This document shows positions 29,235-39,890 of a stretch of 64,000 nt of DNA, one piece after another (the first letter of the stretch is position 1; each line of letters opens with the position of its first letter). This DNA comes from Patescibacteria group bacterium (lineage in GTDB: Bacteria; Patescibacteriota; Microgenomatia; UBA10105; UBA927), in contig JAMCTH010000003.1 of assembly GCA_023379025.1 (NCBI GenBank), positions 103,362-167,361 on the forward strand, given 5' to 3'. A program made the position numbers and the translations under genes. Under the pieces are notes generated by a model that was not told the DNA's origin, did no database searches, and saw nothing but the letters and a program-made list of their open reading frames with translations.

Positions 29235-30464
29235 TTATCGGAATGTTTCCTGCACGCGGAGAAGACCCTGTATCAGCGCGTCTATGTCCGCCTCGGTAGT
29301 ATAGATGTAAAAGGAAGCGCGCACCGTTGGCCCGATATGGAGGCATTCATGAAGCGGCTGGGCGCAGTGAAACCCGACGCGTACACAGATACGATCGTCA
29401 TCCAGTACCTGGGCTACATCATGCGGATGGATGCCCTCGAGACGGAATGCCACCACGCCCCCCCGGTCTTTCGGATCTCGCGGACCATAGACGGTAACTC
29501 CGTCGACCGCTTGCAGTTTCTTGAGCGCATAAGCAGTAATGTCCATTTCATGACGGCGGACATCTTCCATACCGAGATGCTCGAGATACCTGACCGCCGC
29601 ACCCAACCCTATGGCACCGGCAATATACGGGGTACCCGCCTCGAACCGGTGCGGGACATCCTGATATACCGCGCGGTCGCGGTGCACCTCTTTGATCATA
29701 TCTCCGCCGAAGGTAAACGGCGGCAGCCCCTCGAGAAACTCATGTCTCCCCCACAATACTCCGATCCCCGTCGGACCCAGCATCTTATGCGCGGAAAACG
29801 CGACAATATCCGCTCCCCAAGCCGAAACGTCGAGCGGCATGTGCGGCGCAGCCTGCGCTGCATCGACAAGCACGATACATCCAGGGTTTATCCGTTTCAC
29901 CCGTTTCACGATTTCCCCTATGGGCGGAAGCGTACCCAGGACATTGGATGCTGCAGTAAGCGCAACCAGTTTCGTTTTTTTCGACACCAGCGTCTCAAGC
30001 GCATCAATCGGGAGCAATCCGGTTTCGTCCGGCTCCCAGAACATAAGGTCTATGCCCTTTACCCTCCGCAGTTCCAGCCAGGGGACGAAGTTGGCATGGT
30101 GTTCCAGCATGGTCGTCACAACGCCGTCTCCCCTGCCGAGTGCGGGAAGCGCCCACGCATAGTAGATAAGGCTTATGGACTCGTCGGTGTTTCTGGTAAA
30201 CACGACCTCGCGTGTGTCCCGGGCATGGATAAACCGCGCAACATCGCCACGGGCACCTTCATATGCGGCTGTTGCGCGTTCCGAAATGCTATAGATCCCG
30301 CGGAACACGTTGGCTCCGTAGGTAGTATAGTATTCATCCATCGCCTGAAGCACCGCTGCCGGCTTGAGGCTCGTTGCCGTGCTGTCAAGATACACAAGCC
30401 CTTTCCCGTCCGCGGGACGGGAAAGCATGGGGAAATCCTTCCGGATGACTGCCGCGTCAAACAT
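29235..30464 (-). CDS. sufS: Cysteine desulfurase
   Basis: EHHAN, SAHKMLGPTG, FEAGTP, RVGFHCAQP. Confidence 0.96.
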   Translation of the reverse strand: MFDAAVIRKDFPMLSRPADGKGLVYLDSTATSLKPAAVLQAMDEYYTTYGANVFRGIYSISERATAAYEGARGDVARFIHARDTREVVFTRNTDESISLIYYAWALPALGRGDGVVTTMLEHHANFVPWLELRRVKGIDLMFWEPDETGLLPIDALETLVSKKTKLVALTAASNVLGTLPPIGEIVKRVKRINPGCIVLVDAAQAAPHMPLDVSAWGADIVAFSAHKMLGPTGIGVLWGRHEFLEGLPPFTFGGDMIKEVHRDRAVYQDVPHRFEAGTPYIAGAIGLGAAVRYLEHLGMEDVRRHEMDITAYALKKLQAVDGVTVYGPRDPKDRGGVVAFRLEGIHPHDVAQVLDDDRICVRVGFHCAQPLHECLHIGPTVRASFYIYTTEADIDALIQGLLRVQETFR

Positions 30465-30473
30465 ACACGCTCA

Positions 30474-30785
30474 TCAGAGTTCTACAAAAACGTCGCCGCC
30501 TTCCACTTTTGTCCGATATGAACGGACATCGGTCGTAGCCGGCAGGGCAAGGACTTTGCCGCTTGTGACATCAAATTTTGCTCCGTGACAGCCGCAGACC
30601 ACCGTCGTCCCGTCAAGCACGCCTTCGCCGCCCAAGGAACACTGATGATGTGAACAGGCGTCGTCTATCGCAAAAAAAGATTCTCCGATATGTGCAAGTG
30701 CGATTTTTTTCCCGGCGGTTTCCACGGTTTTCATACTGCCGTCAGGGATATCTCCGGCGGCGGCTACTTTTACAAAATCAGGCAT
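30474..30785 (-). CDS. Rieske-type ferredoxin
   Basis: CSH..CGCHG; SD upstream. Confidence 0.92.
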   Translation of the reverse strand: MPDFVKVAAAGDIPDGSMKTVETAGKKIALAHIGESFFAIDDACSHHQCSLGGEGVLDGTTVVCGCHGAKFDVTSGKVLALPATTDVRSYRTKVEGGDVFVEL

Positions 30786-30823
30786 AGATCCTCCTTTTCC
30801 GTCCCAACATGGGGACAACACTA

Positions 30824-31498
30824 TTATACGTCAAGCCCCAGTACCTTCGCTGTGCGATACTTCACCACCCGATCGTCCACTCCGGTTATGGCGCTCTTCA
30901 GAAATCCGGACAGGATAAGCGTCTCCCCTTTTTTCCGTTCTATCCCGCGGCTTTCCAGATACCACAACTCCTCCTCCGACACCGATCCGATCGTCGCGCC
31001 GTGCGTGCAGCGTACATCGTCCGCCAATATTTCCAGTGACGGCTTACTCTCCGCATGAGCCGTCCGTGAAAGCAATAGATTTTCGTTTCTCTGGTATGCG
31101 TCGGTTTTTGGGGCAGACGGCTCCACCCGGATACCGCCGTCATAAAAAAACTGCGCGTTTTCGGAAAGAACGGTTTTGACAAGCAGATTACTCACCGTGT
31201 CCGGCGCTTCGTGCTGCTGCAGCGTATGCAACCGGATGTCTGCGGTACCCCGTCCCAATACGAGCCCGATAATAGTCGCGCGGGAACCGCTGCCGCATAA
31301 CCGGACCGAGAGATGTACCGCCCGGTTCTCTACACTGTTGATTGCCACGAGTATGGTGCATTCCGTGTTCTTCCCGATGCGGTACGCGTATTGCTCCTCA
31401 GCACCCTGAGGCAGTTCAAGGATGGTTTCCGTATGCGTCACGTCACGGATGCGCATACCGGAATTACTGCTGATTTTGGCTGCCCCGGAACCTGACAT
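30824..31498 (-). CDS. sufD: SufD (short form)
   Basis: PSLEILADDVRCTHGAT, YLESRG. Confidence 0.9.
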   Translation of the reverse strand: MSGSGAAKISSNSGMRIRDVTHTETILELPQGAEEQYAYRIGKNTECTILVAINSVENRAVHLSVRLCGSGSRATIIGLVLGRGTADIRLHTLQQHEAPDTVSNLLVKTVLSENAQFFYDGGIRVEPSAPKTDAYQRNENLLLSRTAHAESKPSLEILADDVRCTHGATIGSVSEEELWYLESRGIERKKGETLILSGFLKSAITGVDDRVVKYRTAKVLGLDV

Positions 31499-31515
31499 GT
31501 TGATTTTTGATATGG

Positions 31516-32916
31516 CTACCCTACCGATCCCTCCATCTGCAGCTGAATTAATCTGTTCATTTCTACGGCGTACTCAAGCGGCAATTCCTTGACAATCGGT
31601 TCGATAAATCCGTTGACGATCATGGACTGTGCCTCTGCCTTTCCGATACCGCGGCTTTCGAGATAAAAAAGCTGTTCATCCCCGATTTTGGATACCGTGG
31701 CTTCATGCTCGACGGCAACCTGCTTTTCCCGGATATTCATCGTGGGGTACGTATCCGAACGGGATAAAGGATCGAGAAGGAGCGCATCGCAGACAACGTT
31801 GCTCTTCACCCCTGTTGCTCCGGGGACGACCTCAACAAGCCCGCGGTAAGAGGTTCTCCCCCCTCCCCGGCTTATGGATTTGGAGATAATCCGGGAGCTC
31901 GTTTCAGAAGCGGCGTGGATCGCTTTTCCGCCGGCATCCTGGTGCTGCCCGGCGCCGGCATAGGCAATGGAGAGCACCTCGCCCCGCGCTTTCCTTCCCA
32001 TAAGATACACACTCGGATATTTCATGGTCACCTTACTGCCGAGATTGCCGTCCACCCACTCCATGATCCCCTCTTCCTCAACGCGGGTCCGTTTGGTGAC
32101 CAGGTTGTAGACATTGGTACTCCAGTTCTGGATCGTCGTGTAGCGTACGCGGGCCCCGCGTTTAACTATAATCTCAACCACCGCGCTATGGAGCGAATCC
32201 GTCGAGTAAACGGGCGCAGTACATCCCTCGACATAATGCACAAAGCTTCCTTCCTCTGCGATGATAAGTGTCCGTTCGAACTGACCCATGTTGGCGGCAT
32301 TGATACGGAAATACGCCTGAAGCGGAAGCTCTACCGAAACACCGGCGGGAACATAGACAAACGAACCCCCGGACCAGACGCTGGTGTTGAGCGCCGCGAA
32401 CTTGTTGTCCATGGGAGGGATAATCGTCCCGAAGTACTGCCGGATGATATCAGGATGTTCCCGGAGAGCCGAATCCATATCGAGGAATATAACGCCTTTT
32501 TTCTCGAGTAGCCCCTGGATGCTTTTATAGACGACTTCCGATTCATACTGCGCGGACACGCCCGAAAGGAATTTTTTCTCGGCTTCGGGAATGCCGATTC
32601 TGTCGTATGTGTCACGGATCTCCGGGGGTAATGCCGCCCAGCTTTCCGCTTTTTCCCGGGTCGGCTTTATGTAATAGTAGATGTCGTCGAAGTTGATGTG
32701 CGAAAGATCCGCTCCCCACAGGGGAAGCGGCTTTTTCCGGAATATTTCAAGGCTCCGGAGCCGCATATCCCTCATCCATTCCGGTTCGTTTTTACGCCAG
32801 CTGATGTCACGGACCACATCTTCATCCAACCCTCTTTTGGATTTAAACACATAGTTTTCCGGCTTGTGAAAACCGTATTTATAGGCCGTGTCCATGATGG
32901 GCTGGGTTGTCGTCAT
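31516..32916 (-). CDS. sufB: Fe-S cluster assembly scaffold SufB
   Basis: [24 protein letters not shown]. Confidence 0.98.
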   Translation of the reverse strand: MTTTQPIMDTAYKYGFHKPENYVFKSKRGLDEDVVRDISWRKNEPEWMRDMRLRSLEIFRKKPLPLWGADLSHINFDDIYYYIKPTREKAESWAALPPEIRDTYDRIGIPEAEKKFLSGVSAQYESEVVYKSIQGLLEKKGVIFLDMDSALREHPDIIRQYFGTIIPPMDNKFAALNTSVWSGGSFVYVPAGVSVELPLQAYFRINAANMGQFERTLIIAEEGSFVHYVEGCTAPVYSTDSLHSAVVEIIVKRGARVRYTTIQNWSTNVYNLVTKRTRVEEEGIMEWVDGNLGSKVTMKYPSVYLMGRKARGEVLSIAYAGAGQHQDAGGKAIHAASETSSRIISKSISRGGGRTSYRGLVEVVPGATGVKSNVVCDALLLDPLSRSDTYPTMNIREKQVAVEHEATVSKIGDEQLFYLESRGIGKAEAQSMIVNGFIEPIVKELPLEYAVEMNRLIQLQMEGSVG

Positions 32917-33857
32917 ATATTTCCGACCGTTTTCCTACCCGCACTGATGTATCGATACATCAGTGCAGAAGTTACGTAAACCTGCGCATGTTGAGTCAAA
33001 TATCGTTTGTAGCCTTTTTTTTCAATGTCCCGCGAAAGTTCCACTCCTCCGGTATCGACAATTTTTCCTGATACCAGGACGTGAACGGTGTCCGGCTTCA
33101 GATACTTGAGAATCCGCATATAGTGGGTGACAACGATAACTCCTGTCCCTGTCTGGACGAGCCTCCTGACGCCGTTTGCAACTATTTTTAGCGCGTCTAC
33201 ATCGAGTCCCGTGTCAATCTCGTCAAACACGGCGTATTTGGGTCTGAGTACCAGAGCCTGCAGCATTTCCGCTTTTTTCTTTTCTCCTCCGGAAAACCCG
33301 TCATGTATCCCCCGCGACAGGAAAGATTCATCGAGTTTCAGAAATCCGGCTTCTTCTTTCACCTTCGACAAAAAAGCCGGCAGAGACAGGCCGTCTGCCC
33401 GCCATTTACCCGCAAGAAGAGGATTGTGGGGAGTGTTCATAACGCGCTTTCCCGATTCCCCGTAGAGCGACTGATATGCACTTCGGAGAAGATTGATGAT
33501 GGTGACACCCGGCACGGCGACCGGGGATTGCAGCGCGAGAAACAGACCCGCTTTCGCCCGCTCCTCCGGTGACAAATTAATAACCTCAATTCCGTTAACA
33601 ACTATCGATCCGGGATTATTACTTGATTCTTTTGACTTTTTGAATTTTGGATTTGTTTGGGATTTGGTCATTGGGATTTGGGATTTATAGGACGGGTGCC
33701 CCATGAGCGCATATGCAAGTGTTGATTTCCCACTGCCGTTTGGCCCCATAATTGCATGTATTTCGCCCGGCTTTACCGTCATGGAGACACCTTTCAGGAT
33801 TTCTTTGCCTTCGATCCCTGCATGGAGAGTGCGGATAGCGAGTTCCTGCTGTTTCAT
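32913..33857 (-). CDS. sufC: SufC ATPase with in-frame insertions
   Basis: [25 protein letters not shown]. Confidence 0.95.
   Translation of the reverse strand: MKQQELAIRTLHAGIEGKEILKGVSMTVKPGEIHAIMGPNGSGKSTLAYALMGHPSYKSQIPMTKSQTNPKFKKSKESSNNPGSIVVNGIEVINLSPEERAKAGLFLALQSPVAVPGVTIINLLRSAYQSLYGESGKRVMNTPHNPLLAGKWRADGLSLPAFLSKVKEEAGFLKLDESFLSRGIHDGFSGGEKKKAEMLQALVLRPKYAVFDEIDTGLDVDALKIVANGVRRLVQTGTGVIVVTHYMRILKYLKPDTVHVLVSGKIVDTGGVELSRDIEKKGYKRYLTQHAQVYVTSALMYRYISAGRKTVGNI
32941..32966. repeat. Perfect 26-bp palindrome in the sufC 3' extension
   Basis: GCACTGATGTATCGATACATCAGTGC. Confidence 0.9.
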
Positions 33858-34261
33858 ACTGTCCTGACGAGATGTTCAAGGGTGATCGTCCCGAGACTTC
33901 CGGCGACGGCGCCGTTGACCGTGCGCCGTATATGCTGAGGCAGACACGCCGTATAAAGCGGACACGCGGATGAAGACGCGGCCTGCTCCGGTTTTTTTCG
34001 AAGATCCGTATCAAGAGCCTGCATGATGTCCCAGACGGATATCCTGTCCGCCGGTTTGGCAAGTTCATACCCGCCGCCGATTCCCTCGCGGCTTACGACC
34101 AGGCCCGCTGCTTTAAGCCTGCTTGCAATTTTTTTCAGGAAAAGCACGGAAACGCCATGTTCGCGTGCGACGGAAGAAAGAGGAAGCGGTTTTTCCCCGG
34201 TTCTCCGGCAGAGTTCGCCCATGAAAAGCAGTCCGACATGTTCCTGTCTGGGAATTTTCAT
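33854..34261 (-). CDS. Rrf2-family regulator of the suf operon
   Basis: wHTH, SREGIGGGYELAKPADRISV, CPLYTAC. Confidence 0.92.
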   Translation of the reverse strand: MKIPRQEHVGLLFMGELCRRTGEKPLPLSSVAREHGVSVLFLKKIASRLKAAGLVVSREGIGGGYELAKPADRISVWDIMQALDTDLRKKPEQAASSSACPLYTACLPQHIRRTVNGAVAGSLGTITLEHLVRTV

Positions 34262-34310
34262 AACTGATACCAATCTAGTATCAGTTTACGGTATTTCCAT
34301 AAAGTGTCAA
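34262..34310 (-). promoter_or_regulatory. suf promoter with palindromic operator
   Basis: TTGACA-N16-TAAACT; AACTGATAC-N7-GTATCAGTT at 34262-34286. Confidence 0.7.
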
Positions 34311-34319
34311 GGGGTGAGG

Positions 34320-35102
34320 TCAAAGACGGTTGCTGACCCGGTCGTTTTTCCCGAAAAATACTTCACGTGTCCCCTGCATCCTGAGGATAAAAAATTCCTG
34401 CTTTTTTTTCATCGCTCCAGTCATCCGCGTAAAACGGTCGACATCTTCCTCCTGCGATACATGGCAGGAAAGCGCCCTCAGTTTTGTCTTTTCAAACTTA
34501 GTTATATCGATGACAGCAGTAATGAGCTTGTCCGCTGTACCAACCCAGGGTTTGTCAAAAACCTTCTCCGGCAGGATCTTTTTATCCTGCATGTACCGGA
34601 CGAGGCTTGCCGGCTGGCATACGTAGTAAAGTTTCGGTTCCTGGTCCGCCCGAAGCGGCTGTCCGGACGCGCGTTCCCGGTCTTCGGCGTATTTCTGGAA
34701 TGCAAAGGTCGTTGAAAGGGAAATTTTCCTGTGGTCGGGATGGTTCGAAATACCGCCCGGTTCAAACGTGACGACGATATCCGGAGCATATTCCGCCAAA
34801 ATCCGGTATACCGCGTCCTCAAGATCTCCCGGAGTAAGGGAAGACAGTTTGCCGTCCTGATAGTCGAGAAACGTCACGAACGTAATGCCCAGAAGCTCAG
34901 CCGCCGCTTCCAGCTCCTTCTGCCGTATAGATCCGAGCACCACCTTGTCCGTGTTTTTGTAGGGGCCGGTAAGCCCTGCTTCTCCTTTGGTTGCCGTTAC
35001 GAGATTTACTTCCCAACCCGCGGCATGGTATTTGGCAAGCGTGGCACCGCAGCTGAACGTTTCATCATCAGGGTGGGCAAAGACGGCGAGTAGCTTTTTC
35101 AT
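34320..35102 (-). CDS. PIG-L family deacetylase (MshB/BshB-like)
   Basis: AHPDDE, TKGEAG, HPDH, HVSQ. Confidence 0.92.
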   Translation of the reverse strand: MKKLLAVFAHPDDETFSCGATLAKYHAAGWEVNLVTATKGEAGLTGPYKNTDKVVLGSIRQKELEAAAELLGITFVTFLDYQDGKLSSLTPGDLEDAVYRILAEYAPDIVVTFEPGGISNHPDHRKISLSTTFAFQKYAEDRERASGQPLRADQEPKLYYVCQPASLVRYMQDKKILPEKVFDKPWVGTADKLITAVIDITKFEKTKLRALSCHVSQEEDVDRFTRMTGAMKKKQEFFILRMQGTREVFFGKNDRVSNRL

Positions 35103-35183
35103 AGATAGTATGTATGGTAGCTCACCAAGTTGAAAAAAGAAATATCGATGTGCTGTAATGGTAGTGAAGGGAGGTGAACTTAT

Positions 35184-35378
35184 ATGACCAAACTCTTCAA
35201 ACGCGCGGTAACATACATGGGGAAAAATGTGGCATTCAACAGCCTCACGCATCTCATCGGCGGCATCGGTATCGGCATGCTACTTACCTATCCGCTGGCC
35301 GGCGCGCATCCTGTCCGTTGGGGGCTCGTATTCATTGCGGTTGCGCTTGCCGGGCACTGGTGGGCAGCCACACACTAA
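35184..35378 (+). CDS. Small membrane protein, 64 aa
   Basis: Strong SD GGAGGTG; two TM segments. Confidence 0.75.
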   Translation: MTKLFKRAVTYMGKNVAFNSLTHLIGGIGIGMLLTYPLAGAHPVRWGLVFIAVALAGHWWAATH

Positions 35379-35383
35379 TCGGT

Positions 35384-35584
35384 TCAGCCCGCTGATTCCA
35401 GGGCCTGAATTTCCTTTTTAAGGTCGGCAACCATGGCGCGCAGCACCATGACTTCCTGATGCTTCATCTCCGAAGCTGCACTTTCGTGGATGACGCCGCG
35501 GTAGCGCTTCATCCTGAATGCAAGTTTATCCTCATAAAAGGCCAGTCTCTCCTTAAGCTTTTGAAGTTTCTCGAAATCAACCAT
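35384..35584 (-). CDS. Small coiled-coil hypothetical protein
   Basis: 66-aa ORF with heptad pattern. Confidence 0.65.
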   Translation of the reverse strand: MVDFEKLQKLKERLAFYEDKLAFRMKRYRGVIHESAASEMKHQEVMVLRAMVADLKKEIQALESAG

Positions 35585-35690
35585 AATGTTCCCCCCGGGG
35601 TCTTCGTTAGCTGTTTATATACGATAGAAAGCGAAGCTTTCAAAGAGCAACGCTTAGCTTTCTCAGTTTCTCACCAAAAAAGTAACGCCT

Positions 35691-35830
35691 AAAAGCTATC
35701 TCCAAGCCTATTCTTCGAGCCTCTCGGCGAGAAGTCTCGAGGTAAACTTCGCGAAAAGTTCTCACGGAGTTTACCCTGAGTCTTCCCGAAGGGTTCGAAC
35801 AATATCTTTTCGAGATTTGAGATAACCTCT
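35691..35830. mobile_element. 140-bp palindromic MITE/REP-like element, copy 1
   Basis: Near-identical to 50061-50200; whole element folds back on itself; imperfect terminal inverted repeats. Confidence 0.85.
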
Positions 35831-35989
35831 CGTTTTCTCGTCAAAGAGCAAAGCTTACTTTCTCATCCCCTACCTATTATATAAGGTTGGTGAGAAAAAA
35901 ATAATCCGGTAGCAGAGCCGGTCCCGGAAGTTATTTTGCATAACCCCGAACGTAATCGTCTCGCCGGAGTCCTGATGTATAATACTCCC

Positions 35990-37252
35990 ATGAAACGAAT
36001 TGCCATGCTTTCTTTCCATACCTGTCCCCTGGCTTCCCAGGAAGGCAAAGAAACCGGCGGCATGAACGTCTATGTCTACGAACTTTCCAAAGAACTCGTA
36101 AAGATTGGATATGCCATAGATGCCTTCACCCGCTGTCAGGAGGAACGGTGTGAAGAAGTCGTAGAAGTGACCCCCGGATTCCGCGTCATACACATCAATG
36201 CCGGCCCCCAGGCGTCCTATCCCAAAAAAGAACTCATGGCACTCCTGCCGGAATTTGTCCGGAATATGGAGGCGTTTCTCTCCCGCGAACAGCTCGAGTA
36301 TGACCTCTTCCATGCACATTATTACCTCTCGGGGCTCGCGGGCATGAGCCTCAGAGAACGTATCCACGCTCCGGCAATACCCATGGCGCTCACCTATCAT
36401 ACCCTCGCGCTTATGAAAAACCTGGTCGCACGGGATGTGATGGAACAGGAAACCCCGGACCGGATCGAAGCGGAAATCCGTCTCTCACAAACGGCCGACG
36501 CCATCCTCGTGCCGAGCAAAAACGACCGGGCGTATCTCGAGTACCTGTACGGATGTCCGACAGATAAACTTGCAATCGTAACCCCCGGCGTCAATACCGC
36601 ACTTTTCCACCCCATACCCAAACCGGAAGCCAAACAGCACATCCATGCAGATCTTGCGCATAAAATAGTGCTTTTCGTCGGACGCATCGAACCGTTAAAA
36701 GGCATAGATACATTGCTTTATGCCATGAAAATCATTAGGGCCAGGCACCGGGATAAAGAGGTGTGCCTTTTTATTGTCGGCGGCGACGTACGCCAGTCCC
36801 CCGATCTCTGGACCGGAGAGCTTAAAAAACTGGAACGCCTGAGGCGGTCGCTTGATCTCGAAACGGTTGTCCGTTTCGTCGGTCAAAAACCCCAGGAGGA
36901 GCTTCCCTACTACTACAATGCCGCGGATGTGGTGACTATGCCGTCCCATTACGAATCGTTCGGCATGTCCGCTCTCGAGGCTATGGCCTGCGGAATTCCG
37001 GTGCTTACCACCAATGTCGCCGGCATTACAAACCTCTGGGAAAAATGGGAGGAAACGCTCGTCGCTTCAGCCAACAATCCCCTTCTTCTCGCCGGTCAGA
37101 TGGAAACCCTCCTGTTTGATGAAAATAAACACCGGGAAATGAGTGAAAAAGTGCTGGAAAAAACCAGAAAGCTCACCTGGCACCATACGGCTCTCCAGGC
37201 CCAGGCAGTATACGAAAAACTGATTCATCCCGAACCTGGCCATGCGGCATAG
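35990..37252 (+). CDS. GT4 glycosyltransferase, MshA-like
   Basis: SFHTCPL..GGMNVYV, HAHYYLSG, HTL, GRIEPLKG, YESFGMSALEA. Confidence 0.88.
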   Translation: MKRIAMLSFHTCPLASQEGKETGGMNVYVYELSKELVKIGYAIDAFTRCQEERCEEVVEVTPGFRVIHINAGPQASYPKKELMALLPEFVRNMEAFLSREQLEYDLFHAHYYLSGLAGMSLRERIHAPAIPMALTYHTLALMKNLVARDVMEQETPDRIEAEIRLSQTADAILVPSKNDRAYLEYLYGCPTDKLAIVTPGVNTALFHPIPKPEAKQHIHADLAHKIVLFVGRIEPLKGIDTLLYAMKIIRARHRDKEVCLFIVGGDVRQSPDLWTGELKKLERLRRSLDLETVVRFVGQKPQEELPYYYNAADVVTMPSHYESFGMSALEAMACGIPVLTTNVAGITNLWEKWEETLVASANNPLLLAGQMETLLFDENKHREMSEKVLEKTRKLTWHHTALQAQAVYEKLIHPEPGHAA

Positions 37253-37443
37253 TCCGCGCGGTATGACGGATTTCCTCCGGCGAATGTAGCGGAATCTTAA
37301 AGCCGTTATAAGAGATGACCGATGATACGAACATGAACGCGCTGAGATTAATCCAATTCATGATGCCATTATACCAACGCACCCACCGAAAACGGAGCAG
37401 CATTCAACTCTGCTCCGTTTTCTCCGTATCCCCGCGCAGGGAA

Positions 37444-37875
37444 TTATCTGCCTGCCGAGGGTGTTGCGCCAGCCGGTCCGCGAAATACCGGGTTGATTGA
37501 TACCGACCGGGCAGTAAGACTGCCGTCACTGTTTGCCGTACCGAATACCGCAACCGTATCCCCGACTTTAAGATCCGTCTTTGCCGCTTCGCTGGCCTTG
37601 TTGAAGGTCGTATTGTTGCCAAGGAGTACGATCGTACTGCTTCCGTCACGCATCTCGACCGTTATCGAATTGTCCGTCGTTTTTATGATGTTCCCGTCCA
37701 CCGGACGCATACCGTTTCGCGCACCGGCTCCGAAAGCTCCGCTTGCGCCGCGGAAACTTCCGTTAAGGGAAAAACCGCTCCTTCGCTGTGTCTGTTGGTA
37801 TTTCGTCCCGGCGAAAAAACCGGCTCCCAAACCGACCGCAAGCGCGAGCACTGCCGCTATTGCAGTTTTATTCAT
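37444..37875 (-). CDS. Exported OB-fold protein (DUF5666-like) associated with the ABC exporter
   Basis: Signal/TM, DLKVGDTVAVFG..DGSLTARSV. Confidence 0.7.
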   Translation of the reverse strand: MNKTAIAAVLALAVGLGAGFFAGTKYQQTQRRSGFSLNGSFRGASGAFGAGARNGMRPVDGNIIKTTDNSITVEMRDGSSTIVLLGNNTTFNKASEAAKTDLKVGDTVAVFGTANSDGSLTARSVSINPVFRGPAGATPSAGR

Positions 37876-37936
37876 ATCCACCTCCTCTCCGTGATGATGC
37901 ACTCATATACGTTGTCATCGTGTAAGCCGCGTTCTG

Positions 37937-39160
37937 TTATTCATACCGTAATGCTTCAATTGGAGACAGCCCCGCGGCTTTTTGCGCCGGATACCAGCCG
38001 AAGAGTATCCCGATACCGCCGGAGACAACGATCGCAAGGACGATCGATGACAGCGACAGGACGAACGGAAGATTGATAATCTTGGCGATGACAAACGACA
38101 GGGCAATCCCCAAAAACATGCCGAACATCCCGCCCATGACCGTCAGGATCACCGACTCCGTCAGAAACTGCGTTATGACGGTCTGCTTTTTGGCGCCAAG
38201 CGCTTTCCTGAGCCCGATTTCCCGGGTCCGCTCCGTCACCGTCACGAGCATGATATTCATAATTCCTATGCCGCCGACAAGAAGTGAGATGGCGGCAATA
38301 CCGGAAAGAAGTGCACTGAACGTACCCGTCACCTGGGTTGCCGCCCCCAATATATCCTGCTGGGACAGAATCTGGAAATCCGCCTGGGCGGGATCGGAAA
38401 TCCTGTGGCGCTGGAGGAGAAGCGTGCCTATCTGATTTTCCGCTTCCGTCATGACGTCGGAAGATTTTGCCTCAACCGAAATGTCGCTCACGTAATCCAC
38501 GCCGAATACCTGCTGCTGAGCCGTCGAAATAGGAATGAATACCATGTCGTCCTGGTTGAAAAATCCGGACCCTCCTTTGGAAACAGGCACGCCTGCCACA
38601 CGGAATGCGATCTTGTTGATCCGTATGCTCTGTCCCACGGGATCGATGCCGTCCCCGAATAAGTCCGTCGCAACCTGCGGACCTATGACGGCAACCTTGG
38701 CAAGGCTGTCGACGTCGCGTTTGGTGATAAACGTGCCTTCTGCCATGGTCATATTGCGGACATCGTCATAGACATCAACCACACCGATGACCTGGGTATT
38801 GGTATTGTTCCTTCCTGCCGTTACCTGCTCCCTCCGGGAAATCTCCGGAGAAACATTCTGAACGGTGGTGATCTGCGGAGAAGACGTGATGGCATTTGCG
38901 TCGGCAATCGTGAGACTCGTCCCGCCTCCGGCCGCGCCGCGGACCGCGCCGCTTCGTTGAGCGCCCGGCAGTACGGTCAAAAGATTTGAACCCAGAGATT
39001 GTATCTGATCGGAAACTGCCTTTTGCCCGGCCTGACCGAGAGACACGAGCGCGATGACGGCACCGATACCGATGACAATACCAAGAGTAGCAAGCGCCGT
39101 ACGCATCTTATTGAGCGTCAGAGCGCCTATAGATTCCGCCAGAAGTTCTCTATATTCCAT
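37937..39160 (-). CDS. MacB/FtsX-family ABC permease
   Basis: GGIGIMNIMLVTVTERTREIGLRKALGA. Confidence 0.96.
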   Translation of the reverse strand: MEYRELLAESIGALTLNKMRTALATLGIVIGIGAVIALVSLGQAGQKAVSDQIQSLGSNLLTVLPGAQRSGAVRGAAGGGTSLTIADANAITSSPQITTVQNVSPEISRREQVTAGRNNTNTQVIGVVDVYDDVRNMTMAEGTFITKRDVDSLAKVAVIGPQVATDLFGDGIDPVGQSIRINKIAFRVAGVPVSKGGSGFFNQDDMVFIPISTAQQQVFGVDYVSDISVEAKSSDVMTEAENQIGTLLLQRHRISDPAQADFQILSQQDILGAATQVTGTFSALLSGIAAISLLVGGIGIMNIMLVTVTERTREIGLRKALGAKKQTVITQFLTESVILTVMGGMFGMFLGIALSFVIAKIINLPFVLSLSSIVLAIVVSGGIGILFGWYPAQKAAGLSPIEALRYE

Positions 39161-39163
39161 ACG

Positions 39164-39880
39164 CTATCCATCCTCCTTGATTTCTTGCAGTTTTACACGG
39201 TTTTGCCTGTTTTTCTTATCCGCAATGATTTTTCCGTCTTTTACCGTGATGATGCGTTTGCTGTGAATGGCTATGTCCGGCTCATGGGTAATCATGACGA
39301 TGGTGTGACCGTCATCATTCAATCTCCGGAATATCGCCATCACCTCTTCCGCCTGCGCGGAAGCGATGTTGCCGGTAGGCTCATCGGCCAGAAGTATGGC
39401 AGGGTTCATGACGAGCGCCCGCGCTATCGCTACCCGTTGCTGCTGCCCGCCGGAAAGCTGATTGGACGTGTGATACAGCCTGTTGCCGAGTCCGACGCGC
39501 GTCAGCATCGCCTTTGCCGTCTCCTCCCGTTTTTCCGCTGCTACCCCGGCATAGATCATCGGAAGCATGACATTCCTTATGGCAGTCGTCCTGGGCAGGA
39601 GGTTAAACGCCTGGAATACAAATCCTATTTTTCGGTTGCGGATATCGGCAAGATCGTCATCTTTAAGTTTTCCGACGTCCTGCCCGTCCAGGATATAGCT
39701 TCCGGAGGTAGGTATGTCCAATGCGCCCAGGATGTGCATAAGCGTGGATTTGCCGGACCCGGAAGGCCCCATAATTGCGACGAATTCTCCCTTATCCACA
39801 TGAAAGGACACGTCGGAAAGCGCCGTTGTTTCAATGGCATCCGTTTTGTAGATTTTTGTAAGATGCGACGCATTGATCAT
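39164..39880 (-). CDS. ABC transporter ATP-binding protein (MacB/LolD-like)
   Basis: [24 protein letters not shown]. Confidence 0.96.
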   Translation of the reverse strand: MINASHLTKIYKTDAIETTALSDVSFHVDKGEFVAIMGPSGSGKSTLMHILGALDIPTSGSYILDGQDVGKLKDDDLADIRNRKIGFVFQAFNLLPRTTAIRNVMLPMIYAGVAAEKREETAKAMLTRVGLGNRLYHTSNQLSGGQQQRVAIARALVMNPAILLADEPTGNIASAQAEEVMAIFRRLNDDGHTIVMITHEPDIAIHSKRIITVKDGKIIADKKNRQNRVKLQEIKEDG

Positions 39881-39890
39881 ACGGGGAGAG

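Noticed and set aside
29337-30521. 394-aa plus-strand ORF
   Set aside because: Antisense shadow of sufS with no motifs.
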